Shown here one piece after another: positions 19,558 to 29,271 of a stretch of DNA of 64,000 bases. Position 1 is the stretch's first letter, and every line of letters begins with the position of its first letter. A program made the position numbers and the translations under genes. The stretch comes from Candidatus Poribacteria bacterium (GTDB lineage Bacteria; Poribacteria; WGA-4E; WGA-3G): contig OZ251518.1 in assembly GCA_965242965.1 (NCBI GenBank), forward strand, positions 768,001 through 832,000. The letters are read 5' to 3'. The notes under the pieces are model-generated. The model saw only the letters and a program-made list of their open reading frames with translations. It did not search any database and was not told the origin of the DNA.

Positions 19558-20928
19558 CTAGAAATAGATAGGTGTGCCGTTGGTGGCTTGATACACCTCT
19601 ATATCCTTGCCGAACCTTCGGAAGGTTTCGCTATAAACGTTCACCAGAGTTCGCTGTTGCGGGTATCCGTGAACGAAAACGACTTTCTTGGGATAGACTT
19701 TCTCAATAAGCGAAAGTATCCCCTCGCTGTCCGTGTGCGCGGAGAGGCGGTATGTGTCGACATTAGCGTGGACAGGGACGCTTCTGTCATTAAGTCTGAA
19801 CCGTTCTCCTTTGCTCCGATATAACCGTTCTAGTCGCCGCCCGGGGCTTTCTTCGTCAAGGTAGCCGCTAAAGAAAATGGCATTCCTTGCATCGGGAAGC
19901 AATTTTTCGGCATAGCGTGCCGAGGCACTTTTATCAAGTAACATGCCGGAGCTGGCGATGAGAACACCGTTGAAGGTGTCAAGGTTGTCGATGAGTCCCC
20001 GCGGTGCTTTACCTACCTGATACCCGAAAACCCGCACGCCGTTATTTTGATAAATCTCACAAGCGTTTTGAGCGAGTCCATCAATGTAAATGGTAAACGG
20101 TGCCAATCGCCCAGTGTGTATGAGATGCTGCAAGATGAGGGCGAGCTCTTGGCTTCTGCCTATCGCAAACGCGGGGATAAGCACACTGCCCCTGTTATTA
20201 AGGCATCGCTCGATTTTCCGCGCGAAAATTTCGCGTTCTTCAACGACTTTTCCGGCGTAAGCACCCTCCTGATACCCGTATGTTGATTCAGCAATGAGTA
20301 AGTCAACTTCCAAATTGTCTGGAATCTGATACTTGGGCACAGTCATCTGGTCAAACGGTGTAAAGTCGCCGCTGAACAGAATATTGCCGGCATCGGACTG
20401 CACGTAAATCATGCTTGCGCCGAGGATGTGCCCTGCCGGATAGAACGTGACTTGCACAGGGGGGTATAACGCGCTTCCCTGATGTTCTAGCAGAAAAGGG
20501 TTATTCCATTCAACGCATTGGATGTTTTCTAGTGCGTGTTCGACCCGAGTTGCGTTGAATTGCTGCACCTCTCGAAAATCCTGCAAAGTTGCATCAGGCG
20601 GCGCGTCGCCCCCGGCTTGGCTCAGTTGCATCTCCATGATATCGTGCGTCGCCTGCGTCGCGTAAATCGGAACATCCGGTGCCTCGGCGACGACAGTAGG
20701 AAGTGAACCAACGTGGTCCAAGTGTCCGTGAGAGAGTAGGATGCTTTCCAGCTCCCACAAGCCGTCAAGTAGGTTTTGGGCATAAAGCGAATCGAAGCGA
20801 GGAAACGTAGAATCAGCATGCAAGCGAATGCCGGAATCCAAGAGCAGTTTCGTGTCGTTTAACCGAATAAAATAGCAGCTTGCACCGATTTCATTTCCGC
20901 CTCCGATTGGGTAAAAGAGGTTCTTCGT
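19558..20928 (-). CDS. MBL-fold beta-CASP nuclease (CPSF/RNase J superfamily), probable ACG start
   Basis: GGGNEIGASCY, LLDSG, SHGHLDH, AGHILGA, SGD, ESTYG, PAFAIGRSQE, SSGML, SAH and VHG motifs. The frame extends 29 codons upstream of the called TTG to an ACG 7 nt after GGAGG. Confidence 0.9.
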   Translation of the reverse strand, partial: TKNLFYPIGGGNEIGASCYFIRLNDTKLLLDSGIRLHADSTFPRFDSLYAQNLLDGLWELESILLSHGHLDHVGSLPTVVAEAPDVPIYATQATHDIMEMQLSQAGGDAPPDATLQDFREVQQFNATRVEHALENIQCVEWNNPFLLEHQGSALYPPVQVTFYPAGHILGASMIYVQSDAGNILFSGDFTPFDQMTVPKYQIPDNLEVDLLIAESTYGYQEGAYAGKVVEEREIFARKIERCLNNRGSVLIPAFAIGRSQELALILQHLIHTGRLAPFTIYIDGLAQNACEIYQNNGVRVFGYQVGKAPRGLIDNLDTFNGVLIASSGMLLDKSASARYAEKLLPDARNAIFFSGYLDEESPGRRLERLYRSKGERFRLNDRSVPVHANVDTYRLSAHTDSEGILSLIEKVYPKKVVFVHGYPQQRTLVNVYSETFRRFGKDIEVYQATNGTPIYF

Positions 20929-21037
20929 CGTTCTGCCTCCGCGCTAAAGTTGTTTCCTAAATAGTGAGACAACGGGGTGTTCTGTTTCGTTGTATCTATT
21001 ATACGATTAATTGCAAATAAATAGCAACATGTTATTT

Positions 21038-21257
21038 AAGGATGTTTCATAACTCGTTGGCGCGCCCTCCTGGGGCGCGGCAGAAAGCCCGTTTCATCGT
21101 AGGGCGAGGGCCTGTCCCTCGCCATTGTCCGCGCAATCTGACGCTCGCGGGGGACAGGCCCCCGCGCTACGAAAAAAAACGGCACTTCACCGTAGGGCGA
21201 GGGCCTGTCCCTCGCCATCGTCATCCTACCGAACACTTTGAAATATAAAACACCCTC
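21038..21257. mobile_element. MITE-like REP mosaic
   Basis: aaggatgtttcataa ... tataaaacaccctc ends enclosing three REP hairpins. Confidence 0.7.
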
Positions 21258-21759
21258 ATCTTATTTTCCACTGTTCTCCACTAACTATTTTCGGTGGAAA
21301 TTCTCCCGATTCCACTTGCGCGATGAGAGCGTTAAGTGCCTCGCGCGCTTTTCGGGCCAAATCGGTGTCAATCGCCCCGGCCTGAATTGCCGCTTCAAAC
21401 TCGTCCTCATCCTGAATCTCATAACTGCCATCCGGATATACCCAAAGATCCAAGAACAAATCGGTTATTTCAAAACGGCTTGCTGTCCGTATCACCGGCA
21501 CAATAATATCACAATAATAGCCTGTCCACTCGTTATTAAGGTTGTAGATTTTCCCGATGTCATACCACTGCCCCCTAAATACGAACCAGACGGCGGTGAA
21601 GTTTTCTCCCAACACCGTTTCACCGTTATGCACAATCGGCGATGATGGGTTCACTCGCTGCGATGTGATGATGACGTTTTCGTCTTCATAGAGCAATCGC
21701 TGCTGAAAGTGCGAAACCCGTTCTGGCAGTCTTTTATATGTGAGTGTTACCGTTTCCAT
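21256..21759 (-). CDS. DUF402 (FomD-like) domain protein
   Basis: WYDIGKIY, GYYCDI and DLFLDLWVYPDG..IQDEDEF motifs. Confidence 0.85.
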   Translation of the reverse strand: METVTLTYKRLPERVSHFQQRLLYEDENVIITSQRVNPSSPIVHNGETVLGENFTAVWFVFRGQWYDIGKIYNLNNEWTGYYCDIIVPVIRTASRFEITDLFLDLWVYPDGSYEIQDEDEFEAAIQAGAIDTDLARKAREALNALIAQVESGEFPPKIVSGEQWKIR

Positions 21760-21773
21760 TTTTCGCGTTGCGC

Positions 21774-22754
21774 CTATTTATTATCGATGCGTTCGCGGAA
21801 GGCTTTGATATGCGCGGGCGTTGTCCCGCAGCATCCGCCGATGAGATATGCCCCTGCTTCAATAAGCGTTGGGACGTAACTCGCCATTTCTTCGGGTTTT
21901 TGTGCGTAAACGGTTTGCATGTTTTCGTCAAGTTGCGGCATTCCGGCATTCGGATACGCCATCACCCGTTTGTCACGGATGTGCCTTTCGGCGAGTGTTG
22001 CGCGGAGTTGCTGCGTACCGGTAATCGCATACGGCATACCGGTATGTTCAACACGCCGGGTTTCTGCGCCGCAGTTAATGCCGATGATGTCAACGGCATC
22101 CAACAGCGAGTCGTCTCCGAGGATGTCAAGCAAATCTCGCGGAGAATGCCCCCAGTCGGTTCGGTAAATCACTTCACCGGTGCGCCGATTTTTCGTCCAT
22201 TTGTATGTCATATTGACAGCAATCGGCAGTCCTGTTTCGCTAGCAATATTGACAGCGATGGCGGCTTCTTTGGCGGAAAACATCGTCTCTAGGCAGAGAA
22301 AATCGACACCTTCTTCGGCGAGCGTATGGATAACGAGTCGATGCGCTTCCCAAACTTCGGCGTTTGCGATGCCGAAGGTTGTATCGCCGCTGTCTGCTTC
22401 AATAGCACCGGGCGAAGGGCCGATTGAACCGGCGATGTATACCTGCTCAGATTCGGTTTGCTCAACGGCAGTTTTCGCGTGCTGCACGGCGAGCCGCGTC
22501 AGTCTTTGGGCACCCGATTTGTCCTGTCCTGCCATTTGCAGATGGAGTGGGGAGGCGACAAAGGTATTCGTGCCGATTGCCTCCGCGCCGGCGCGAATAT
22601 ACGCCGCGTGAATATCTGTGATAGCGGTAGGATGCAATTCGTTAGCAAGCGCGCTGTTGGCGAGCTCTATGCCGCGGTTGAACAGCTGCGTGCCGAACCC
22701 ACCGTCGTAGAGTATTGGTTCGTCAGAGGTTAATCGTTCCCGAAAAGTTTTCAC
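21774..22754 (-). CDS. Homocysteine S-methyltransferase family protein
   Basis: DGGFGTQL, TNTF, GSIGP, ETM, GINC, YPNAGMP and IGGCCGT (Zn ligands). Confidence 0.93.
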   Translation of the reverse strand: MKTFRERLTSDEPILYDGGFGTQLFNRGIELANSALANELHPTAITDIHAAYIRAGAEAIGTNTFVASPLHLQMAGQDKSGAQRLTRLAVQHAKTAVEQTESEQVYIAGSIGPSPGAIEADSGDTTFGIANAEVWEAHRLVIHTLAEEGVDFLCLETMFSAKEAAIAVNIASETGLPIAVNMTYKWTKNRRTGEVIYRTDWGHSPRDLLDILGDDSLLDAVDIIGINCGAETRRVEHTGMPYAITGTQQLRATLAERHIRDKRVMAYPNAGMPQLDENMQTVYAQKPEEMASYVPTLIEAGAYLIGGCCGTTPAHIKAFRERIDNK

Positions 22755-23011
22755 TGTTCCTTGCGTTCCCCGCTCAATTCTTCAATGAGTGCATCCAAAA
22801 CGGTTTGAGGTGCGCCGGGCATTTCTTGTTTCTCGCTCCAGTGCCACTGCTCCAAGTATGCGTCACTACCGACGATATTCTCCTGCATCGCAACTTTGTC
22901 GATGCGGTTCTGAAAGCGTTGCGGTAGTTGTTGCGAGATGCGCCGCTTCCCGTCATAAACCCTCACCTGCGCAGGAATATCTCTCCAATACAAAATTTGG
23001 TATGTTGCCAT
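22751..23011 (-). CDS. Virulence-factor (Virulence_fact-like) small domain protein
   Basis: ILYWRDIPAQV, RFQNRIDKVAM and DAYLEQW motifs. ATGA overlap with the methyltransferase gene. Confidence 0.85.
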   Translation of the reverse strand: MATYQILYWRDIPAQVRVYDGKRRISQQLPQRFQNRIDKVAMQENIVGSDAYLEQWHWSEKQEMPGAPQTVLDALIEELSGERKEQ

Positions 23012-23051
23012 TTGCGTTCTGATTTCTGCCGATGTTATGAGACTCTATTAT

Positions 23052-23121
23052 ATTATACCAAAATTTTCGTAAAAAGTCAAGTAAAAAATGACTTGCATCA
23101 AGAAACTGAATCAGGTATAAT
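23052..23121. promoter_or_regulatory. Divergent sigma70 promoters
   Basis: Minus strand: TTGACT-17-TATAAT (23080 to 23052). Plus strand: TTGCAT-17-TATAAT (23093-23121). Confidence 0.75.
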
Positions 23122-23128
23122 GTTAAGT

Positions 23129-23576
23129 GAGGGTGTTTCATATTTCGATGCGTTCGGTAGGAGAGCCCTCGGGTCTCAATGTCTTCCCGGTAGGAGAGTC
23201 TCGATGTGCCCGTAGCGCGGGGGCCTGTCCCCCGCGAGCGTTGGAGTGCACCGACGATGGCGAGGGACAGGCCCTCGCCCTACGGTGAAGTGGCGTTTTT
23301 TCCCCGTAGCGCGGGGGCCCTCGGATGCCACACGCGCATCCGAGCGGGTTTCCCCCGCGATGGCTCAAGAACCGTTGTTTTTATCGTAGCGCGGGGGCCT
23401 GTCCCCCGCGAGTGCCATTGTCACGATGTGTGTTTCCCCCACTGTAGTTTGTGATCGCCTGATCACAAACAGTTCAGGATCTGGCGATCCTGCCCTACAG
23501 AGCCTGGCGCACGAGGATTCCGCGGACGATATCAAAACCGGGAGGGCTCTTCTACACGGATTTATGAAACACCCTG
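23129..23576. mobile_element. MITE-like REP mosaic
   Basis: GAGGGTGTTTCATA ... TATGAAACACCCTG ends with several different GTAG hairpins inside. Confidence 0.8.
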
Positions 23577-23625
23577 AATTTTACGTGAACTTATTCTCTT
23601 CTTTTTTTCTTCTTTGACGAGGCTT

Positions 23626-25569
23626 ATGCAAAACAACACTGAGCTCCACGCGCAACATCCACAATCTCAAAAGCGTCACCCCGGTGTCACCTTTCGCGCC
23701 ATTCTCCTCGGGGTGCTCCTGATACCGCCGAACACCTATTTTATCATGGCAAACCATCTCCGTTATTGGAGCACTTTGCCGACTACCATGTCGCTGATTT
23801 ACAATGTGGTAGTGACGTTAACGGTGTTGACATGCCTCAATTTCCTGCTCAGATGGTTGCTGCCGCGGTTTGCCCTCCGGCAGGGCGAATTGCTCACTAT
23901 CTATGTTATTTTGTCCCTTTCGTCGGCGATTGCGGGGCACGACATGATGCAGACTGTCGTGCCCGTTATTCCGAACGGCTTCTGGTTCGCTACGCCTGAA
24001 AACGAATGGCAGCAACTCTTCTGGCGATACCTCCCCAATTGGATGACGCTCAGCGAGCTCTCCGTCTTGCAAGACTTTTACGATGGCGATACCACCTTTT
24101 ACACGAAAAGGTATCTGTCGGCGTGGTGGGAACCGATTTTATGGTGGACTATTTTTCTCTCAGTGCTGATGTGGGTGATGGTTTGCATCGATTTGCTCCT
24201 GCGCAAACAGTGGATTGAACGGGAACGGTTGACATACCCTATTGTCCGCCTGCCGATAGAGATGACGCACTCGGATGGGCGGCTCTTCAAAAACAAAATG
24301 TTGTGGATAGGGTTCGCGATTGCCGGCAGCATCGATTTGATTAACGGCATCCACGCCTTCTTTCCCGCGTTTCCCGAAATCCCGGTGCGCAAGGCAGACT
24401 TGGGTATCTATTTCACCGAAAAACCGTGGGATGCGATGGGGTGGACACCTGTCTATATCCTCTCATTCGGCGTGGGATTGGCATTCTTGATGCCGCTGGA
24501 GATGTCGTTTTCGTTGTGGTTTTTTTATCTCTTCTGGAAAGGCGAGCGTATCCTCGGTAGAGCGATGGGCTTACAAGTTTTGCCGGGGTTTCCTTACGAT
24601 GGGCCACAGGGAGTCGGCGCGTATCTCGCCATCGCCTGTTTTGGGCTTTATGGGGGCAGGAAGCATTTCTATGCCATGTTCAAAAGCCTCATCGGCAAAA
24701 AACAGCAAAATCTCTCGCCGGAGATGCAAGATACAACCGACTACCGGTGGCCGGTGGCAGGGTTAATCGGCGGCGTGCTTTTCCTCTTCATTTTCTCGCA
24801 TCAGGGCGGCATGGCAGTTTGGATGATAGCCCTCTATTTCGGCATCTATTATCTGCTTGCGCTCGGCATCACGCGCGTGCGCGCCGAAGTCGGCCCGCCA
24901 ACACATGAGATGTTTGTTGCGAACCCGCGGCAATTCATCATCGACTCGCTCGGCTCGCGTCCGATTCCGCCGCCGAGTTTGACGATGATGTCGCTCTATT
25001 TTGCGTTCAATCGCGGGTATCGCGCGCATCCGATGCCCCATACTTTAGAAGGCTTCAAACTGGTTGAGGTCGCGAATATGCGCGCCGGACGCATGGTAAT
25101 AGCGATGATGTGCGCCATCTTTTTCGGTATCCTCGCCTCGTTTTGGGCGTATCTCGTTGTCTCCTATAACATCGGCGCGAATCCGGGATTAGGCAGCGGC
25201 GGCTACAACATGCTCCGTTCGTGGCTCTATTATCCTACCGAGACAAATATCCCTGCCGTTACTTTCATGGGTGTCGGCTTTCTGTTTACCGGATTGCTTT
25301 GGTGGCTGCGCACCCGTTTCCCGATGTTCCCGTTTCATCCCACCGGCTATGCCGTTGCGAGTAGTATATGGACGTTCGGCTGGCTTTGGTTCTCTGTGCT
25401 TATCAGTTGGGCGATTAAGAACATCATTTTACGCTTTGGCGGCATCCGCTTGTATCATCGGGTGTTACCCCTTTTCTTGGGGTTGATTCTAGGACAATTT
25501 ATTGTCGGCGGCGGCTGGGTGCTGATTCGGTTAATTTGGGGTGTCTCGGTTTATTCGTTTTATCGATGA
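23626..25569 (+). CDS. Polytopic membrane protein, DUF6785/DUF6784-like
   Basis: ATPENEW, LRKQWIERERLTYP, TRVRAEVG and HPTGYA motifs. Paralog of 9113-11014. Confidence 0.8.
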   Translation: MQNNTELHAQHPQSQKRHPGVTFRAILLGVLLIPPNTYFIMANHLRYWSTLPTTMSLIYNVVVTLTVLTCLNFLLRWLLPRFALRQGELLTIYVILSLSSAIAGHDMMQTVVPVIPNGFWFATPENEWQQLFWRYLPNWMTLSELSVLQDFYDGDTTFYTKRYLSAWWEPILWWTIFLSVLMWVMVCIDLLLRKQWIERERLTYPIVRLPIEMTHSDGRLFKNKMLWIGFAIAGSIDLINGIHAFFPAFPEIPVRKADLGIYFTEKPWDAMGWTPVYILSFGVGLAFLMPLEMSFSLWFFYLFWKGERILGRAMGLQVLPGFPYDGPQGVGAYLAIACFGLYGGRKHFYAMFKSLIGKKQQNLSPEMQDTTDYRWPVAGLIGGVLFLFIFSHQGGMAVWMIALYFGIYYLLALGITRVRAEVGPPTHEMFVANPRQFIIDSLGSRPIPPPSLTMMSLYFAFNRGYRAHPMPHTLEGFKLVEVANMRAGRMVIAMMCAIFFGILASFWAYLVVSYNIGANPGLGSGGYNMLRSWLYYPTETNIPAVTFMGVGFLFTGLLWWLRTRFPMFPFHPTGYAVASSIWTFGWLWFSVLISWAIKNIILRFGGIRLYHRVLPLFLGLILGQFIVGGGWVLIRLIWGVSVYSFYR

Positions 25570-25577
25570 GATAAATT

Positions 25578-26159
25578 GAGGGTGTTTCATATCTCAATTT
25601 CTTCGGGTAGGAGAGACCTCCTGGTCTCGATGTTCCCGTAGCGCGTGGGCCCTCGGATGCCACACGCGCATCCGAGAGGGTTTCCCCCGCAATCGTTGGA
25701 TGACGCGTGCACGGCGAGGGACAGGCCCTCGCCCTACGGTGAGAGGAGCGTTTTTTATCGTAGCGCGGGGGCCTGTCCCCCGCGATCTCCATCGTCACGA
25801 TGCAGTCTTAGGTCCTTTAGGACCTACATGTCTATAGAAAAACGTGTCAGTCCCATGTCAAGGTCCTTTAGGTCCTTAATAGGAAACCACGCGGACCTGT
25901 CAAAGCATATTAAGGACCTAAAGGACCTTAGAGCCTTTTGCGTTTCGGCTGCTATAGACATTCAGGTCCTACAGACCTGAAGAGAACGAGAGACGTTTTT
26001 TCCGCAGCGGGAACGATGGCGAGGGCCTGTCCCTCGCCCTACGGTAAAACGGGCGGTTTTGGATACCGTAGCGCGGGGGCCTGTCCCCCGCGATCGTTGG
26101 AGTGCGCGGACGAGATCAAGACTGGGAGGGCTCTCCTAACAGATTTATGAAACACCCTC
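25578..26159. mobile_element. MITE-like REP mosaic between convergent genes
   Basis: Perfect GAGGGTGTTTCATA / TATGAAACACCCTC ends. Includes the AGGTCC module at about 25807-25980. Confidence 0.8.
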
Positions 26160-26957
26160 TTACAAATACGCAGCAAACTGCTCCTTGACGCGCGCCTTAT
26201 CGGCATCATCGCCGAAGCCGAGGCTGAACCACCCCGAATACCCGCGCGCCTGCAATTCTGTGAATAACGCCTCAAAATTAATCGTCCCCTCGCCGGGGAC
26301 GAGATGCACTTCGTAATCACCGCGGTTGTCATTGAGGCGAACCTGCCCGATATTCGCTACGCCGAATGCATCCAAGAAACCTTGCCATCCTTCCGGCACC
26401 AGATGCCCATGCGCAACGTTAAACGCCCACTTGAAATAAGGCGACTGAATCGCATCGAAAAACCATCGCGTTTCAGCAACGTTATGCGGAATATAGTGCA
26501 TTTCGGAAAGTTCCGGCTCCCGATTGTGGTTCTCGAAGAATATGGTAATTTCGGCTTGTGTCGCGCTGTCTACTAATCGCTGTAGCCGCGCAATCGCCGC
26601 TGCGCGCCGTTGCTGCACATCCCCGAAATGATAGCCACCATGTCCGATGAGCCAGCCGCACCCTAGCCGCGCCGCAAATTCCAAATTCGCATGGAGATAT
26701 TTATCCACCGCTTCCGACATTATCGGCACATACTCGGCGTTGTTAATTGCTGAAGAGGGATGGATGCCGAGTGCCACGTCGTGTTTTTCACACAGATTTC
26801 GCACGGTGCGGACGCGCGCTGCGTCAAAGGCGGCAATATCGTTCGGCGGGACATCGGCTTGGAAATCGATGTATCCAAACCCGTTATCCGCCGCCCATTG
26901 AATAGATGCTTCAATTGGTTTGTGTTTCGGCGCATCAAACCCAAATCGGTTTTTCAT
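26160..26957 (-). CDS. Sugar phosphate isomerase/epimerase (xylose isomerase-like TIM barrel)
   Basis: FENH, NVAHGH, LNDNRGDYEVHLVPGEGTINF. GGAG SD before MKNRFG. The longer called N-terminus is repeat-derived. Confidence 0.85.
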   Translation of the reverse strand: MKNRFGFDAPKHKPIEASIQWAADNGFGYIDFQADVPPNDIAAFDAARVRTVRNLCEKHDVALGIHPSSAINNAEYVPIMSEAVDKYLHANLEFAARLGCGWLIGHGGYHFGDVQQRRAAAIARLQRLVDSATQAEITIFFENHNREPELSEMHYIPHNVAETRWFFDAIQSPYFKWAFNVAHGHLVPEGWQGFLDAFGVANIGQVRLNDNRGDYEVHLVPGEGTINFEALFTELQARGYSGWFSLGFGDDADKARVKEQFAAYL

Positions 26958-27017
26958 GTTATTCTCCACTCGTTGTTGTAAAAATGGTTTCGTGATCCCT
27001 TGAACGCTTCCGTTTTC

Positions 27018-27411
27018 CCGGTAGGAGAGACCTCCTGGTCTCGATGTTCCCGTAGCGCGGGGGCCCTCGGATGCCATACGCGCATCCGAGCGGGTTTCCC
27101 CCGCGAGCGTTGGATTGCGCGTGCCTGAACGATGGCGAGGGACAGGCCCTCGCCCTACGGTAACGGACACCGTTTTTTAGGATGCATCGTTTTAGGTCCT
27201 TTAGGACCTAAGAGACGTTTTTTCATCGTAGCGCGGGGGCCCTCGGATGCCATACGCGCATCCGAGCGGGTTTCCCCCGCGAGCGTCGGGGTGCGCGTGC
27301 ATGAACGATGGCGAGGGACAGGCCCTCGCCCTACGGTGAGGGGCGGCGTTTTTTTCACCGTAGCGCGGGGGCCTGTCCCCCGCGATGTTGAGCGATATAT
27401 GAAACACTCTC
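27018..27411. repeat. REP mosaic with one recognisable inverted terminus
   Basis: Hairpins carrying a cggatgccatacgcgcatccg insert; end tatgaaacactctc. Confidence 0.85.
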
Positions 27412-27417
27412 ATTAGA

Positions 27418-29271
27418 CTATAGCACGACGCGAGACTTCTTTGCGCCGTGAATACTCGGCTCGGCGCACAGACGTTCACGCAACAGACGCAGCCCTTCAT
27501 GCACCTCCGGATGCGTATCTTCGCCGAAACCGAGCACTTCCGCTAACAGCCGCCGATCCAACTTCTGGCGCACCGCGTCCTCGTCCATCTGATGAAACCG
27601 CAGCATCACTTCATCTTTCATCGCCTCAAAGATGTTCTTGGCGTTTTCCAGCGCGGTTTGGTCTAGTTCGCGGACATCTAGGGTTGGCATTGAGCGAAAA
27701 GCTGTCAGCCGAATCCACCCGCGCCCAGTCTGCCGTTTCGCAGCGTGCACCCAATAGCATAGCAAACCCAGTGTTGAATTGCCCCACAGCGTCCAGACAT
27801 AATCATACAACGGGTTGTCAAATGTGACACTGGGCAGCAGATTGACACCGAGTGTCGGCTGCTCCGTGAAAAGAACAGCTAAGGAATTCGTGTTGAAGTG
27901 TAAGGCTACGTTGTGGTGCACCCGGCTCCTTTTGTCTAAGATTTCCTGGGCCCTGTCCCAAGAACCGGAACGAATAATACCGTGGCAGTCTGGGGCGACT
28001 TCCATGGTTCGTTGGTTCTCGGATTTGACATGCCATAGGCCAGGATATAAGTCTTCGTCGGATGCCCCTTCTTCTATATCAAAGGGGCCCCTTGAATTCC
28101 TGCGATGATCATAGGAATGGATTGTCGCAATTTTCCCCGCTAAAGTCATCGGAATTTCAACTTTATCCCGCTGAGTGGGCAACCAGAGATGTCCATCCAT
28201 GAGCCGGTAGGCACTTTGGAGTAGCGAAAAATTCCTCATACGCGATGCCGCCCAAACTTCTCGTAGTGGGCAATTTAAAGCGGAGCCGCTTTCTGCATCG
28301 CCGACTTTGATGAGATTTCCCCCTATCGGCGCATCTTCAAAACGTCTGACATTTTCAAGCCGCTGGATGCTTTTCGCTATCTCCATACCTTCTAGGTAAC
28401 TCCCAGGTCTTCGGTGTAGACAGGCAAATGTGCCGCGGCCCGTGTTTTCCGCTGCGCCTTTGGTAGCTACGACGAGACATTCTCCCATATTCGTATCGGC
28501 GGAGAAGGCACAGTTTGCAATGTCTGCAGCCGCGATGGTAATAACCAACACATCGTGATATTCCTGAGACAGCAGTTCTCGCACTTGCTGCCATAGAGGA
28601 GAAGTCAAGGCGATGATAGGAAGCACAAATCCCATAACCCCACCCGGCTTTAGCATCCTATCCGCTAAGTCAACGAAGTAGGAACCGAGGCCGGCATTGG
28701 TATTCCCGATGGAACTAATTTCTCCAAGGCCTCTTTGCATCTCCTCAGCGACATCCGGCTCTCTATCCCCAAATACTGTTGTAGGAACATCAGGCGCGCG
28801 GGAACTATTATCTGCTCCGACGCGCGTAAACGGCGGATTATCCACAACAATATCCATCTCGCCGTGCCGAAATTCCGGGATTTCATCGGTATCACCGGTG
28901 CCATCCCCCTGCACCCTCTCCGTATTGATTAAGCCCAACGGCAAAGTCGCTTGCGGATTTTCCAGCAAATCCAACGCGCCTAACGCATACTGCCCATCCG
29001 AACGTTGCGAACCGTATGCCATCGTGTGAATGCGCGTTTTTCCAATCTTGATGTCGGGGTTAGCACTCGCAATAATGGCGGCTGTCAGATGACTCGCATT
29101 CGGCATAATGTCGCACCCGACGAGATTATTTTCTACCATGTGCCGATGGATGTCGCGTCCATTGCCACCTGCCTGTTCGTGCTGTGCCAAGATGCGTTGG
29201 TAAACGCCATTCAGCAACGCGCCTGTCCCGCAGGCGAAGTCTGCCACCTTAATGTCGGATAAGCGCGACAC
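27418..29271 (-). CDS. C-terminal part of a Type IIG-like RM enzyme (N6-adenine MTase plus specificity region)
   Basis: Motif I DFACGTG at residue 10 and motif IV NPPF. Lacks the preceding YT-P motif, which lies in the upstream ORF. Confidence 0.8.
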   Translation of the reverse strand: MSRLSDIKVADFACGTGALLNGVYQRILAQHEQAGGNGRDIHRHMVENNLVGCDIMPNASHLTAAIIASANPDIKIGKTRIHTMAYGSQRSDGQYALGALDLLENPQATLPLGLINTERVQGDGTGDTDEIPEFRHGEMDIVVDNPPFTRVGADNSSRAPDVPTTVFGDREPDVAEEMQRGLGEISSIGNTNAGLGSYFVDLADRMLKPGGVMGFVLPIIALTSPLWQQVRELLSQEYHDVLVITIAAADIANCAFSADTNMGECLVVATKGAAENTGRGTFACLHRRPGSYLEGMEIAKSIQRLENVRRFEDAPIGGNLIKVGDAESGSALNCPLREVWAASRMRNFSLLQSAYRLMDGHLWLPTQRDKVEIPMTLAGKIATIHSYDHRRNSRGPFDIEEGASDEDLYPGLWHVKSENQRTMEVAPDCHGIIRSGSWDRAQEILDKRSRVHHNVALHFNTNSLAVLFTEQPTLGVNLLPSVTFDNPLYDYVWTLWGNSTLGLLCYWVHAAKRQTGRGWIRLTAFRSMPTLDVRELDQTALENAKNIFEAMKDEVMLRFHQMDEDAVRQKLDRRLLAEVLGFGEDTHPEVHEGLRLLRERLCAEPSIHGAKKSRVVL

